This document shows, piece after piece, positions 8,564 to 17,260 of a stretch of 64,000 nucleotides of DNA. The stretch spans positions 2,080,001 to 2,144,000 of the forward strand of contig OY729431.1 of NCBI GenBank assembly GCA_963422395.1, read 5' to 3'. The notes beneath the pieces are model-generated. The model was not told the DNA's origin. It did no database searches and saw only the letters and a program-made list of their open reading frames with translations. Each line of letters begins with the position of its first letter. Within the stretch, counting starts at the first letter, position 1. Position numbers and translations under genes: made by a program. This DNA comes from Vicinamibacteria bacterium. GTDB taxonomy: Bacteria; Acidobacteriota; Vicinamibacteria; Marinacidobacterales; Marinacidobacteraceae.

Positions 8564-11021
8564 CGTGGTTCGCCTTCAGGCGTTTCAGGATCGTCCGGCG
8601 GATCTTGGCGATGTCGCGCTCCCCGAGCGTACGGTTGGGAGCCTGGTAGCGGACCGTGATGCCGAGCGACCGCTTCCCCGAGGCCGCAGCTCCCGGCGGT
8701 GTCTCGTCGAAGCGGTAGTCGTCGAAGACCCGCGCCTCGACGACCAGCGGATGGGAAAGCGCGTCGCGCACGAGATCCTGCGCCAGGACTTGCGGGCCGA
8801 CCAGAAAAGCGAAATCCTCTGCCGCCGCCGGATGGCGGGGCAAGGGAACCGCAGCCGTCGGGGCGGCGATCCCGGGGAGCGAAACCAGCCGGGAGAGATC
8901 CAGCTCCCACGAGAACACCTCGCGCTTCACCCCGAAGGCGGCCGCCGCCTCGGGATGGATCTGTCCGATGACCCCGACCGCGGTCTCGCCGATCGTGATC
9001 CGCGCGGTCCGGCCGACGACGAACCCCGCGAACTGCGCCGGCCGAAAGGACGCATCGAGGCCGAAGCCGGACAGCACTCGTTCCAGCGCGGCTTTGGCGT
9101 CGAAGAAATCGAGGCTCTCCCCGGTCGGGCTTCCGAAGCGATCTACCCGAGCGCCGACCACCAGCCCCGCCGCCCCTTCCGGTTCCTCGAAACCCTCGCC
9201 GTCCCTCGCCGCCGGGAAGTAGCACTTGCCCACCTCGAACAGGCGGACCGCGTGCTCCCTGCGGTCCAGGTTGCGGGCCGCGGCGCGGAGCAGGCCGGGG
9301 CGGAGCGAAGTGCGGAGGGTGTCGCGGGCCTCCCCGAGCGGATTTCGGACCCGCAGGGCGGGAACGGCCCCGGCGGCCTCTCCCGATCCGCTCGCCGCTC
9401 CGACGGCAGCTCCGACGGCAGCTCCGACAGCTGGCCCGATAGCTGCCAGGTCGGATGCGGAGACCAGCGAGTAGGTCTGGACCTCGAAGAGGCCCGCGTC
9501 TGCCGCCAAATCCCGGAGCCGCTCCCGCAGCTCGCGGGCCGGCACCGGCGGATGGCGCGGAATCGCACCGGCGAGCGGGGTCGCCGGCAGGTCGTCGTAT
9601 CCCGTGATCCGAGCCACCTCCTCCACGAGGTCATCGGCCACTCGGATGTCCCGCCGCCAATAGGGCACGCGCACCGTGAGGGTGTCCTCCGCTTCTTTCG
9701 CGACCTCGAACCCGAGGCCGCCGAGCGCGGAACGAACCGCTTCGGGCGGTGTCTCCATGCCGAGCACCTGCGCGATCCGGGAGCGGCGGAGGCGGATCTG
9801 CGGCGCGGGCTCGGGCGCCGGCCAGGCATCGAGGGTCCCGGCAGCCACCCGCCCACCAGCATGTTCCGCGAGCAGGCGGCACACCCGCGCCGAAGCGATC
9901 GGCGGCAGTTCCGGCGGCAGGCCCCAGGCGAAGCGGCGGGCGGCGTCGGACAGCAGATCGAAGGCGCGCGCAGTGCGGCGCACCCCGGCAGGGGCGAAGT
10001 TCGCGACCTCGAGCAGCACCTTCCGGGTCTTCGCGGTGATCTCGGTATCGAGCCCGCCCATCACCCCCGCGAGCGCGATGGGCCCCGAGGGGTCGGCGAT
10101 CACCAACCGCTCCGGGTCCAGGGCGCGGGACCTGCCGTCGAGAGTGGTGAGCGTCTCTCCGACGCGGGCGCGTCGGACGATGATGCGGTGGTCTTCGACC
10201 CCGTCGTAGTCGAAGGCGTGGACCGGCTGGCCGAGCTCCAGCATCACATAGTTCGTGATGTCCACCAGGTTGTTGATGCTGCGCATCCCCGCCGCACTCA
10301 ACCGCTCCTGCATCCACTGCGGTGCGGGCGCGACTTCGACATCCTCGATCAGGGCGAGGGTGAACCGCCGGCAGAGGTCCGGATCTTCGATTTCCAGCGA
10401 AGCGCGGCCCGCGATCTCCAGCGCGGAGCGCTCCACGCGGGTCTCGGGCAGGGTGAGCGGCGAACCGGTGAGGGCGGCGACCTCGCGCGCCACCCCGAGG
10501 ATCGAGAGCGCGTCGGCGCGGTTCGGGGTCAGGTCGAAGACGAACACCCGGTCACCCAGAACCTCCCGCAGCGGCGTCCCGGGAGGGCGCTCGGTGTCGA
10601 GCACCAGAATCCCGGCGTGCTCGTCCGAGAGGCCGAGCTCCGCCTCCGAACACACCATCCCGCCGGACTCCACTCCCCGGATCCGCGACTTTTTCAGGGC
10701 CCGGGGCTTCCCGCTCCGCGGATCGATCAGCACCGCCCCCTCGGAGGCGAACGCGATGTCCTGGCCCGGCGCGACATCGGGCGCACCGCAGACCACGGTC
10801 TGCCGCTCGCCCCCCCTGTCCACGGTTACGAGGACCAGCCGGTCGGCATCCGGGTGCGGGCGGACCTCGAGCACCCGGGCGACGACCACCCGCTCCCAAG
10901 TCCCGCCGACCTGCTCGATGTCGATGACTTCGAGACCGGCCAGCGTGAGCCGGCGGGCCAGCGCTTCGATGTCTTCCGGCAGCGGCGTCAGGCTGGCGAG
11001 CCAGCTCAGGGGGACGCGCAT
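8538..11021 (-). CDS. pheT: Phenylalanine--tRNA ligase beta subunit
   Basis: HPDADRL, VVCGAP, TPNRADALS, NNLVDITNYVMLE, DLVEEVARITGY, LRTSLRPGLL and C-terminal FDX-ACB motifs. Confidence 0.97.
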   Translation of the reverse strand: MRVPLSWLASLTPLPEDIEALARRLTLAGLEVIDIEQVGGTWERVVVARVLEVRPHPDADRLVLVTVDRGGERQTVVCGAPDVAPGQDIAFASEGAVLIDPRSGKPRALKKSRIRGVESGGMVCSEAELGLSDEHAGILVLDTERPPGTPLREVLGDRVFVFDLTPNRADALSILGVAREVAALTGSPLTLPETRVERSALEIAGRASLEIEDPDLCRRFTLALIEDVEVAPAPQWMQERLSAAGMRSINNLVDITNYVMLELGQPVHAFDYDGVEDHRIIVRRARVGETLTTLDGRSRALDPERLVIADPSGPIALAGVMGGLDTEITAKTRKVLLEVANFAPAGVRRTARAFDLLSDAARRFAWGLPPELPPIASARVCRLLAEHAGGRVAAGTLDAWPAPEPAPQIRLRRSRIAQVLGMETPPEAVRSALGGLGFEVAKEAEDTLTVRVPYWRRDIRVADDLVEEVARITGYDDLPATPLAGAIPRHPPVPARELRERLRDLAADAGLFEVQTYSLVSASDLAAIGPAVGAAVGAAVGAASGSGEAAGAVPALRVRNPLGEARDTLRTSLRPGLLRAAARNLDRREHAVRLFEVGKCYFPAARDGEGFEEPEGAAGLVVGARVDRFGSPTGESLDFFDAKAALERVLSGFGLDASFRPAQFAGFVVGRTARITIGETAVGVIGQIHPEAAAAFGVKREVFSWELDLSRLVSLPGIAAPTAAVPLPRHPAAAEDFAFLVGPQVLAQDLVRDALSHPLVVEARVFDDYRFDETPPGAAASGKRSLGITVRYQAPNRTLGERDIAKIRRTILKRLKANHGAVVRERG

Positions 11022-11049
11022 GGCCCGCTGCTCCTCCGAATCCGTCTGC

Positions 11050-12102
11050 TCAGAACTGGCGGAGAAAGCGAAGGTCGTTTTCGTAGAAGCGGCGAATGTC
11101 CCGAATGCCGTGCCGCAGCATCGCGATGCGCTCCACGCCGAGCCCTGCCGCGAAGCCGGTGTACTCCTCGGAGTCGTATCCCATGCGGGTGAGGATTTCC
11201 GGGTGCACCATGCCGGCGCCGAGGATCTCGATCCAACCGCCCGGACTGCTGATCGACACCTCCACTCCCGGCTCGACGAACGGGAAGTAGTCGCAGCGGA
11301 ACCGAATCTCCCGCTCCTCGCCGAAGAGGCGGCGGGCGAACTCGTAGAGCGTTCCCTTGAGGTGGGCGAGCGTGAGCCCCCGGTCCACCGCCAGCACCTC
11401 GGTCTGGGTGATCATCCATTCGTGCGTCGCGTCGGTCGCCTCGTTCCGGTAGGTCCGCCCGGGGGCGATGAGCCGGATCGGCGGCTCATGCCGCTCCAGG
11501 TAGCGGATCTGGTTCGGTGAGGTGTGGGTGCGCAGCAGGAGCGGCTGAGCTCGGGAGTCGACGGCGTCCAGGTAGAAGGTGTCCATCGCATCCCGCGCCG
11601 GGTGGTCCGCGGGAATCCGCAGCGCCTCGAAGTTGTAGTACTCGGTCTCGATCTCGGGGCCCTCGATCACATGGAAGCCCATGGAAGCGAACGCGGAGAC
11701 GATCGCCCGCTCGGTCCGGGTGATCGGATGGAGCCCCCCCCGGGGAAGCGGATACCCCGGCAGGCTGACATCGAGGGGAGCGAGGCCTTCGGTCCGCGCT
11801 GTTTCGAGGGCGGCCAGCTTCTGCTCGAGCGCTGCTTCGAACCGCGCCTTCGCCTCGTTCAGAAAACGACCGGCAGCGGCTCTCGCCGCGGGTTGGCGCG
11901 TTCCGAGGGAACGGAGCGCGCGAACCAGCGGCGATCTGCGCCCCAGGTTGGCAGTGCGCCAGGCATCGACGGCCCGCTCGTCGTCGAGGCGGTCGAGCGC
12001 CGCGATCGCGTCATCGACCTCATCGGGGGAAAGCAGGGATTCGGTAGGGGAAGCGGTCACGAACGCACTCGACCCGTGCCGGCAGGGCACTCCCGATCCC
12101 AT
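11050..12102 (-). CDS. pheS: Phenylalanine--tRNA ligase alpha subunit
   Basis: GLHP, NFEALRIPADHPAR, LLRTHTS, YFPFVEP, EILGAGMVHP, GLGVERIAM, FYENDLRFLRQF. Exact start uncertain. Confidence 0.96.
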   Translation of the reverse strand: MGSGVPCRHGSSAFVTASPTESLLSPDEVDDAIAALDRLDDERAVDAWRTANLGRRSPLVRALRSLGTRQPAARAAAGRFLNEAKARFEAALEQKLAALETARTEGLAPLDVSLPGYPLPRGGLHPITRTERAIVSAFASMGFHVIEGPEIETEYYNFEALRIPADHPARDAMDTFYLDAVDSRAQPLLLRTHTSPNQIRYLERHEPPIRLIAPGRTYRNEATDATHEWMITQTEVLAVDRGLTLAHLKGTLYEFARRLFGEEREIRFRCDYFPFVEPGVEVSISSPGGWIEILGAGMVHPEILTRMGYDSEEYTGFAAGLGVERIAMLRHGIRDIRRFYENDLRFLRQF

Positions 12103-12220
12103 CTCCTTCTCATCTCTTCACTAGATCTCATCCCTGGTCTCGACCGGAGTATCCGGGACCGGCGCCATGGTACTTCGGATCGGTGCGGCTCTACCGGATC
12201 CCGGGGAACGGTACCCGCCT

Positions 12221-12249
12221 TTGACAGAAGGGCCCTGCGACGGTAGAAT
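12221..12249 (+). promoter_or_regulatory. Sigma-70 promoter of tRNA-fMet
   Basis: TTGACA (12221-12226), 17-bp spacer, TAGAAT (12244-12249), ending 25 bp upstream of the tRNA. Confidence 0.85.
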
Positions 12250-12274
12250 CCTGAGTTAGCTTCATAGTGATGGA

Positions 12275-12352
<78 letters not shown>

Positions 12353-12456
12353 GCGTCAGCACCGATCGACTTCGACCCGGTGCGGCACGCTCTTCCGATT
12401 TCTCGCTGCCGGAGGCGTTCGTCCGGGGTTGCCAGGTAGATACGTACCGTCGGAGT

Positions 12457-13506
12457 ATGGGCTCGCACCGCTTCATCCACCGGCTGTTGAGCTTCCACCT
12501 CCATCGCGCCGTCAACCGCTGGTCCCTCAGCGCGGTGTTGATCGGAGGGGCAGCGGTCCTCGGTACCGGAACCCTCGGCTTCATGTGGATCGAATCGTGG
12601 GGAGCGTTCGACTCGTTCTACATGACGGTCATCACCCTTTCCACCGTCGGCTTCGGCGAGGTGCGGCCGCTGTCGGAGGTCGGGCGCCTGTTCGCGGTGT
12701 TCCTGATCCTGGGCGGCGTCGCCACCGTGGGATTCGCGGTCAGCGCTCTCGGAGAGCGGATCGCCGAGGCGCCGAAGCGGCGCCTGGAAGCGAGGATTCG
12801 CCGGATGAAAGACCACACCATCGTGTGCGGATACGGGCGGATCGCCCGCCCGGTAGTCGCCGGTCTGAGCTCCCTCGACCGCCCCCTGTGCGTGATCGAG
12901 CGGTCTCGGGAAAAGGTCGAGGAAGCCACGCGGGCAGGAGCCTTCGTCCTCGAAGGCGACGCCACTGCCGAGGAAGTTCTGGAACGGGCCGGAGTCCGGC
13001 GTGCGGCGGTAGTGGCGGCGCTGCTCCCGAGCGACGGAGACAATCTTTCGATCGCGATGACCGCGACGGGTCTGCAACCCGGAATTCGGGTCATCGCCCG
13101 CTCGGAAGAAGAGCGCTCGCGGGCCAACCTGGAACGCGCCGGCGCCCGAGCCGAGGATGTGGTTTCGCCGTACCGGACGGCCGGAAGGGCAGTGCTGCGA
13201 AACCTGTGCAGTCCGGAGACCGCCCGTCTGTTCCGCAGCCTGGTCGAGACCACTCCCGGAGCCTTCGACACCGGAGAACTTTCGGTGACCGGGGACTCTG
13301 GGCTCGCGGGGCAGTCGCTGGCCGAGACCGCGATCGGCGCCGGGCGGAATGTGCTCGTGCTCGCAGTCCAACGCCGCGGCGGGGCCATGACGGCCGCCCC
13401 CCGCGGCAACTTGACGCTCCGGCCGGGAGATGTGCTGTACCTGTTCGGCCATCCCGACGACCTCCGCGCGGTCGGCGCCCACCGAGACACTTCCCAAACT
13501 GCGTAA
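12457..13506 (+). CDS. Two-TM potassium channel with RCK (TrkA-N/C) domains
   Basis: TLSTVGFG filter, IVCGYGRI Rossmann motif, GDAT motif, RCK-C (LAGQSLAE...LRPGDVLYLFG). Confidence 0.9.
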   Translation: MGSHRFIHRLLSFHLHRAVNRWSLSAVLIGGAAVLGTGTLGFMWIESWGAFDSFYMTVITLSTVGFGEVRPLSEVGRLFAVFLILGGVATVGFAVSALGERIAEAPKRRLEARIRRMKDHTIVCGYGRIARPVVAGLSSLDRPLCVIERSREKVEEATRAGAFVLEGDATAEEVLERAGVRRAAVVAALLPSDGDNLSIAMTATGLQPGIRVIARSEEERSRANLERAGARAEDVVSPYRTAGRAVLRNLCSPETARLFRSLVETTPGAFDTGELSVTGDSGLAGQSLAETAIGAGRNVLVLAVQRRGGAMTAAPRGNLTLRPGDVLYLFGHPDDLRAVGAHRDTSQTA

Positions 13507-13551
13507 CCGTCGAGGAGACAGCCGAGGCCGCCGCACTGTGTCCCCCGGCAG

Positions 13552-13623
13552 AGCCGGCGAGTGGATTCGAACCACCGACCTGCTGATTACGAATCAGCTG
13601 CTCTACCCCTGAGCTACACCGGC
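13552..13623 (-). tRNA. tRNA-Thr(CGT)
   Basis: Reverse complement is GCCGGTGTAGCTCAGGGGTAGAGCAGCTGATTCGTAATCAGCAGGTCGGTGGTTCGAATCCACTCGCCGGCT. Anticodon CGT; CCA not encoded. Confidence 0.95.
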
Positions 13624-13732
13624 TACCCCTCGAATCGCCCCCCGGACCCGGACGTCCGGCGGCACCTCTCGATACCGAAGCGGCCCGAATGGTAACCGGC
13701 GAACGGCTCCCCCGGAGTCAGGTCAGGTCAGG

Positions 13733-14443
13733 TCAGGGGCGCAGCCCGAAGCGGAAGACCACTCCGAGGGTGAGCGAGGAAACGGTGGAGCCGTCAGGCG
13801 TGCCCTCGGTGAAATACAGCATCTCGTCCCCGCCGGGATACCGCGCGTAGCGGTAGTCGAAGGCCGCGGCGAGCGGCAATCGGGGGAAAGGCACCTTGAT
13901 CCCACCGCCGACGACGAAGGCGCCGGAGCGGAAGGGATCGGAGCCCTCCACTTCGGAAGATCTCCAGACATGACCGATCGTCCCGTAGGGAGTCATCGCG
14001 GCGAGCGGCAGCTGCGCCACCACCGCGACCGTCGTTTCCCGGCTTTCCTGGATCAACGGCTCCGCAAACACCGTCACTCCGCCTTCCTCATCGGCCACCG
14101 AGAGCTCGAACTCGGTCCTCGTGCGGGTGAAGCCGGCCTCGACCCCGAGATACCGGTTCAGGAAAAGGACGCCGCGGCCGCCGCGGTGTTCGCCGAACCC
14201 CACATCCTCCACTCTCGCCGAGACCGTCTGGAAGATGTTCCGGGAGAATCCGAGCGTCTGGTTTACGAGCTGGCTTCCGATCAGCGCCGAGACTTCGGCG
14301 CGGGCCCAGTCCCCGCCGGGGGAAAACACCGGGCCTGTCCTCCCGCCAGTTTGCCGCGCCGGCAGCGGCGCCGCTATCCCGGCGGCCGGGACCCAAAGGC
14401 CGCAGACGAAGAGCACGGCGGTACCCAGCCGCCCGCAGTTCAC
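13733..14443 (-). CDS. Putative outer-membrane beta-barrel protein
   Basis: Signal peptide, amphipathic strands (LGVEAGF, PYGTIG, VGGGIK, AFDYRY) and a terminal LGVVFRF-like strand. Confidence 0.55.
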   Translation of the reverse strand: MNCGRLGTAVLFVCGLWVPAAGIAAPLPARQTGGRTGPVFSPGGDWARAEVSALIGSQLVNQTLGFSRNIFQTVSARVEDVGFGEHRGGRGVLFLNRYLGVEAGFTRTRTEFELSVADEEGGVTVFAEPLIQESRETTVAVVAQLPLAAMTPYGTIGHVWRSSEVEGSDPFRSGAFVVGGGIKVPFPRLPLAAAFDYRYARYPGGDEMLYFTEGTPDGSTVSSLTLGVVFRFGLRP

Positions 14444-15462
14444 TGCCTGACCTCGATGACGACCTCGATGGCCCGGCCTGGAGAAACGACCACGAGACGG
14501 GGAAGGACCGTGACGGAGAAGTCGATATCCACCTGTTCCGCCTGGAAGAAATAGTGGTGCGCAGAATGCTCCTGCGGCAGCGGATTCACGCGCAACACAT
14601 ACCGGCCGCCCGGCAGGCCGCCTATCTCATAGACCCCGGCGCCGTCCGCCCAGGCGCCGACCAGGTGGTCCAGCGAGGGCTCGTAGGCGACCACATGTGC
14701 GAACCCGACCGGCTCGCCGTCCGCGCGCGTGACGGAGCCGAGGATCCGTCCCGTGTTCGCCGCCGGGCCCGGGTAGAGAACCGACGCTCCGGCGATGTCA
14801 TCGTCGGTCAGCGTCCGCCCGGTGTCCGAGCCGGATCCGAACGAGAAGGGCCACATGACTGCAGAACCGGGAAGAAGCGCCTCGTCGGTATCGCGCCCGA
14901 CATTCGAGTGGCCGAGTCCGAGGAAGTGGCCGCTCTCGTGGACCAACAGCGAGCGGTAGTCCCAGCCGCCCTGACCCGGCGAATCCGTCCAGTCGAATGC
15001 CTGATTCACGAGAATGTCCGATTCGAGGATCTCCCCCGTCTCGAAATCGGTCAGCCAGCTGGTGACCGCCAGCGTCGTCTGCGAAACGCCCAGGGCGGCC
15101 AGGTGTTCCGGCGTCGAGAAGCCCACCGTGTTCGTGATGTCGAAGAAGTTGTAGGGAGGCTGACGGGTCTTGCCCTGATACGAGAGCGAAAGACCGATCT
15201 CCGGCGGCGCCTGCCAGGTGTCGAACGCAGCTCTCGTCTCGGCGACGATCTGCTCGATGGTCATTCCCTCGGTGGATCGATCCGACACCCAGTAGCGGAT
15301 CGGACGCCCGTCGGATGGCCAGACGAACTCCGTCCCCCCCATCAGCTGATAGCCGAAAGCCGGCGCGGGCCCGCCGAAGGGCGTCGCCGAGGCGAAAACC
15401 ACCGCCGCGACCAACCACCGGGCGGCGGCCGCTTCGGGCCTGCTCCGTCCGTTCCGGTTCAT
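14440..15462 (-). CDS. Matrixin (M10-like) metalloprotease with carboxypeptidase-regulatory-like domain
   Basis: HESGHFLGLGH zinc motif, AVMWP Met-turn, LTDDDIAG motif, C-terminal GVYEIGGLPGGRYVL, signal peptide. Confidence 0.85.
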   Translation of the reverse strand: MNRNGRSRPEAAAARWLVAAVVFASATPFGGPAPAFGYQLMGGTEFVWPSDGRPIRYWVSDRSTEGMTIEQIVAETRAAFDTWQAPPEIGLSLSYQGKTRQPPYNFFDITNTVGFSTPEHLAALGVSQTTLAVTSWLTDFETGEILESDILVNQAFDWTDSPGQGGWDYRSLLVHESGHFLGLGHSNVGRDTDEALLPGSAVMWPFSFGSGSDTGRTLTDDDIAGASVLYPGPAANTGRILGSVTRADGEPVGFAHVVAYEPSLDHLVGAWADGAGVYEIGGLPGGRYVLRVNPLPQEHSAHHYFFQAEQVDIDFSVTVLPRLVVVSPGRAIEVVIEVRQ

Positions 15463-16124
15463 CGGTCGAGGGCGGCGAGCGCTTCGCGCACGATCTGCTC
15501 GACTTGCGCGAGCGGGGCGCGTTCTCTGGGCCAGACCTGCCGTGCCGGCACCGAGGCCCCCCCCGGATCCTCCAGCGTCAACCCCGCCAGCGAGCGGTAG
15601 AGAAGGCGCTCTCCGGTCGTTTCGTCGCGCTCGAGGGTGAACTTTCCGGAGGAAAGCCCCAGCACCGATGGAATCCTTCCGGCCCCTCCCTCGGTGAACA
15701 CCAGCACCTCTTCCCCCACCCGGAACGACGGTGCGCCGGCCACCACGAGCCGGTAGCCTCCCGCTTCGCCACCGAGCACCCGGATCGTCAGCAACGAACT
15801 GCCCCGCCCACCCTTCAAGTAGTTCGCGACCGCGATCGTCACGAAGGTCTGGATGCTCGTGCGGCGGGCGTTCAGCTGGCTTTTCACCCCGACGACCTCT
15901 CCGCTGAAGATCTGGTCCGCCGTCAACGCCATCCGGTCGAGCGGCAAATAGAGAACCGTGGACGCCTCGAGCTTCTGCGGCAGCCCGGCGGCGAAGACCC
16001 CGACCAGCGCCCCGAAGATCATCGGGATGACGGGCGGGCGACGGAGCCGGTTTCGTCGGGCGGCACCCCTTCGGAGGAAGGCAGTCGCTAGCGGGCGCGG
16101 CGGGCCCGCAGCAGAGCAGAGCAA
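15459..16124 (-). CDS. Secreted hypothetical protein coupled to the matrixin gene
   Basis: Motifs ADQIFSGEV, VRVLGG-like, GAPSFRVGEEVLVF and GLSSGKF. The stop overlaps the matrixin start. True start probably near 16030. Confidence 0.6.
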   Translation of the reverse strand: MLCSAAGPPRPLATAFLRRGAARRNRLRRPPVIPMIFGALVGVFAAGLPQKLEASTVLYLPLDRMALTADQIFSGEVVGVKSQLNARRTSIQTFVTIAVANYLKGGRGSSLLTIRVLGGEAGGYRLVVAGAPSFRVGEEVLVFTEGGAGRIPSVLGLSSGKFTLERDETTGERLLYRSLAGLTLEDPGGASVPARQVWPRERAPLAQVEQIVREALAALDR

Positions 16125-16166
16125 AGCCCGAAGAAATTAGCAGATGGCGGGACGGTCAGCGGCCAG

Positions 16167-16237
16167 GAGTCTGCGCCGCAGAAAAAGAACGACCACTATA
16201 TGTAGTAGGTCGATTCGTCGACTTTGCCCACCGGCGG
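16167..16237 (+). mobile_element. MITE family C remnant (IS end plus NrdR-box-like palindrome)
   Basis: GAGTCTGCGCCGCAG is identical to the IS end at 57475. About 50 bp align with 48018-48068. Bounded by CCAG and CTAG. Confidence 0.65.
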
Positions 16238-16252
16238 CTAGCATGGAACGGA

Positions 16253-17260
16253 ATGGAGGGGACCGGCACCGTCGTCCGCACCGCGCGCAAGATCGTCGCC
16301 GTACGGATCCACCGGGACCGGCGCCGCGGCGAAGAACGGGTGGTGCTGTGCGCCGTCGGGGGGCGGCTCTTCGAGAGTCCCGAGAGCCGCCACACCGGCC
16401 GCAACGCGGTCGTGGCCGGAGATGAAGTCGCCGTGGAAGGGGTTCCCGAAGACGGCCCCGAACCGGCGCTCGGCCGGATCGCCCGAGTGCTTCCGCGCCG
16501 CAACGAACTGCGGCGGGGCGTCGGCCCGCAAGAGCGTCGGGCGACGCGCGTCTTCGCTGCCAACCTGGACCGCTTCCTCATCGTCTCCGCATTTCGGGAG
16601 CCGCCCTACCGGGCCGGCTTCCTCGACCGATCCCTCGTGGTCGCCTACGCCGCCGGTGTCCGGCCGGCGCTCGTCTTCAACAAGCGCGACCTGGCCGACG
16701 AGGCGGACGCCGAACGGCTCTACCGCGAACTCGCCAGCTACCGGAGCCTCGATCTCGACATCCACCTGATGAGCGCTCTTCGCGGAGACGGCATCGAGGA
16801 ATTCCGCTCATGGCTCGCCGGCGGCCGGTCGGTGCTCTTCGGTCATTCGGGGGTCGGCAAGACGGAACTCCTGGCCGCGTTGGGCGTTCCCGGTCGGCGC
16901 CGCGGCAGGCTCGACCGGCGGGGACGGGGACGCCACACGACGACCGGCGCCGAGGTGATCGCGCTGCCCGGCGGCGGCGAGATCGTGGACACTCCGGGAG
17001 TGCGCGCACTCGGCATCGACGGGCTGACCCCCGAGCAGGTGCGGGCCGCCCATCCCGATCTGTCGCGCCATGCCGATGGCTGCCGCTTCTCCGGCTGCTC
17101 CCACCGAACCGAGCCCGGCTGCGCGGTGAAAACGGCGGTCGCCGAGGGAAGGGAGAACGAATCCCGCTACCGAAGCCTCATCCGGCTCACGGCCGAAGCC
17201 GCAGGTCTTGCGGAGGAAACGGCGCCATGGGCAGGAGACCCTTCGGCCGCATCGGAATGA
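16253..17260 (+). CDS. rsgA: Ribosome small subunit-dependent GTPase A
   Basis: Circularly permuted G motifs NKRDL, GHSGVGKT, GRHTTT and DTPGVR, plus the CRFSGCSH..EPGC zinc finger. Confidence 0.93.
   Translation: MEGTGTVVRTARKIVAVRIHRDRRRGEERVVLCAVGGRLFESPESRHTGRNAVVAGDEVAVEGVPEDGPEPALGRIARVLPRRNELRRGVGPQERRATRVFAANLDRFLIVSAFREPPYRAGFLDRSLVVAYAAGVRPALVFNKRDLADEADAERLYRELASYRSLDLDIHLMSALRGDGIEEFRSWLAGGRSVLFGHSGVGKTELLAALGVPGRRRGRLDRRGRGRHTTTGAEVIALPGGGEIVDTPGVRALGIDGLTPEQVRAAHPDLSRHADGCRFSGCSHRTEPGCAVKTAVAEGRENESRYRSLIRLTAEAAGLAEETAPWAGDPSAASE

Noticed and set aside
12103-12220. T-box or pheM-type attenuator upstream of pheS
   Set aside because: The region is short, with no T-box motif or Phe-rich leader peptide.
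17187-17260. 74-bp convergent overlap of rsgA and hflX
   Set aside because: It involves only non-conserved tails, and stop drift is common in GC-rich genomes.
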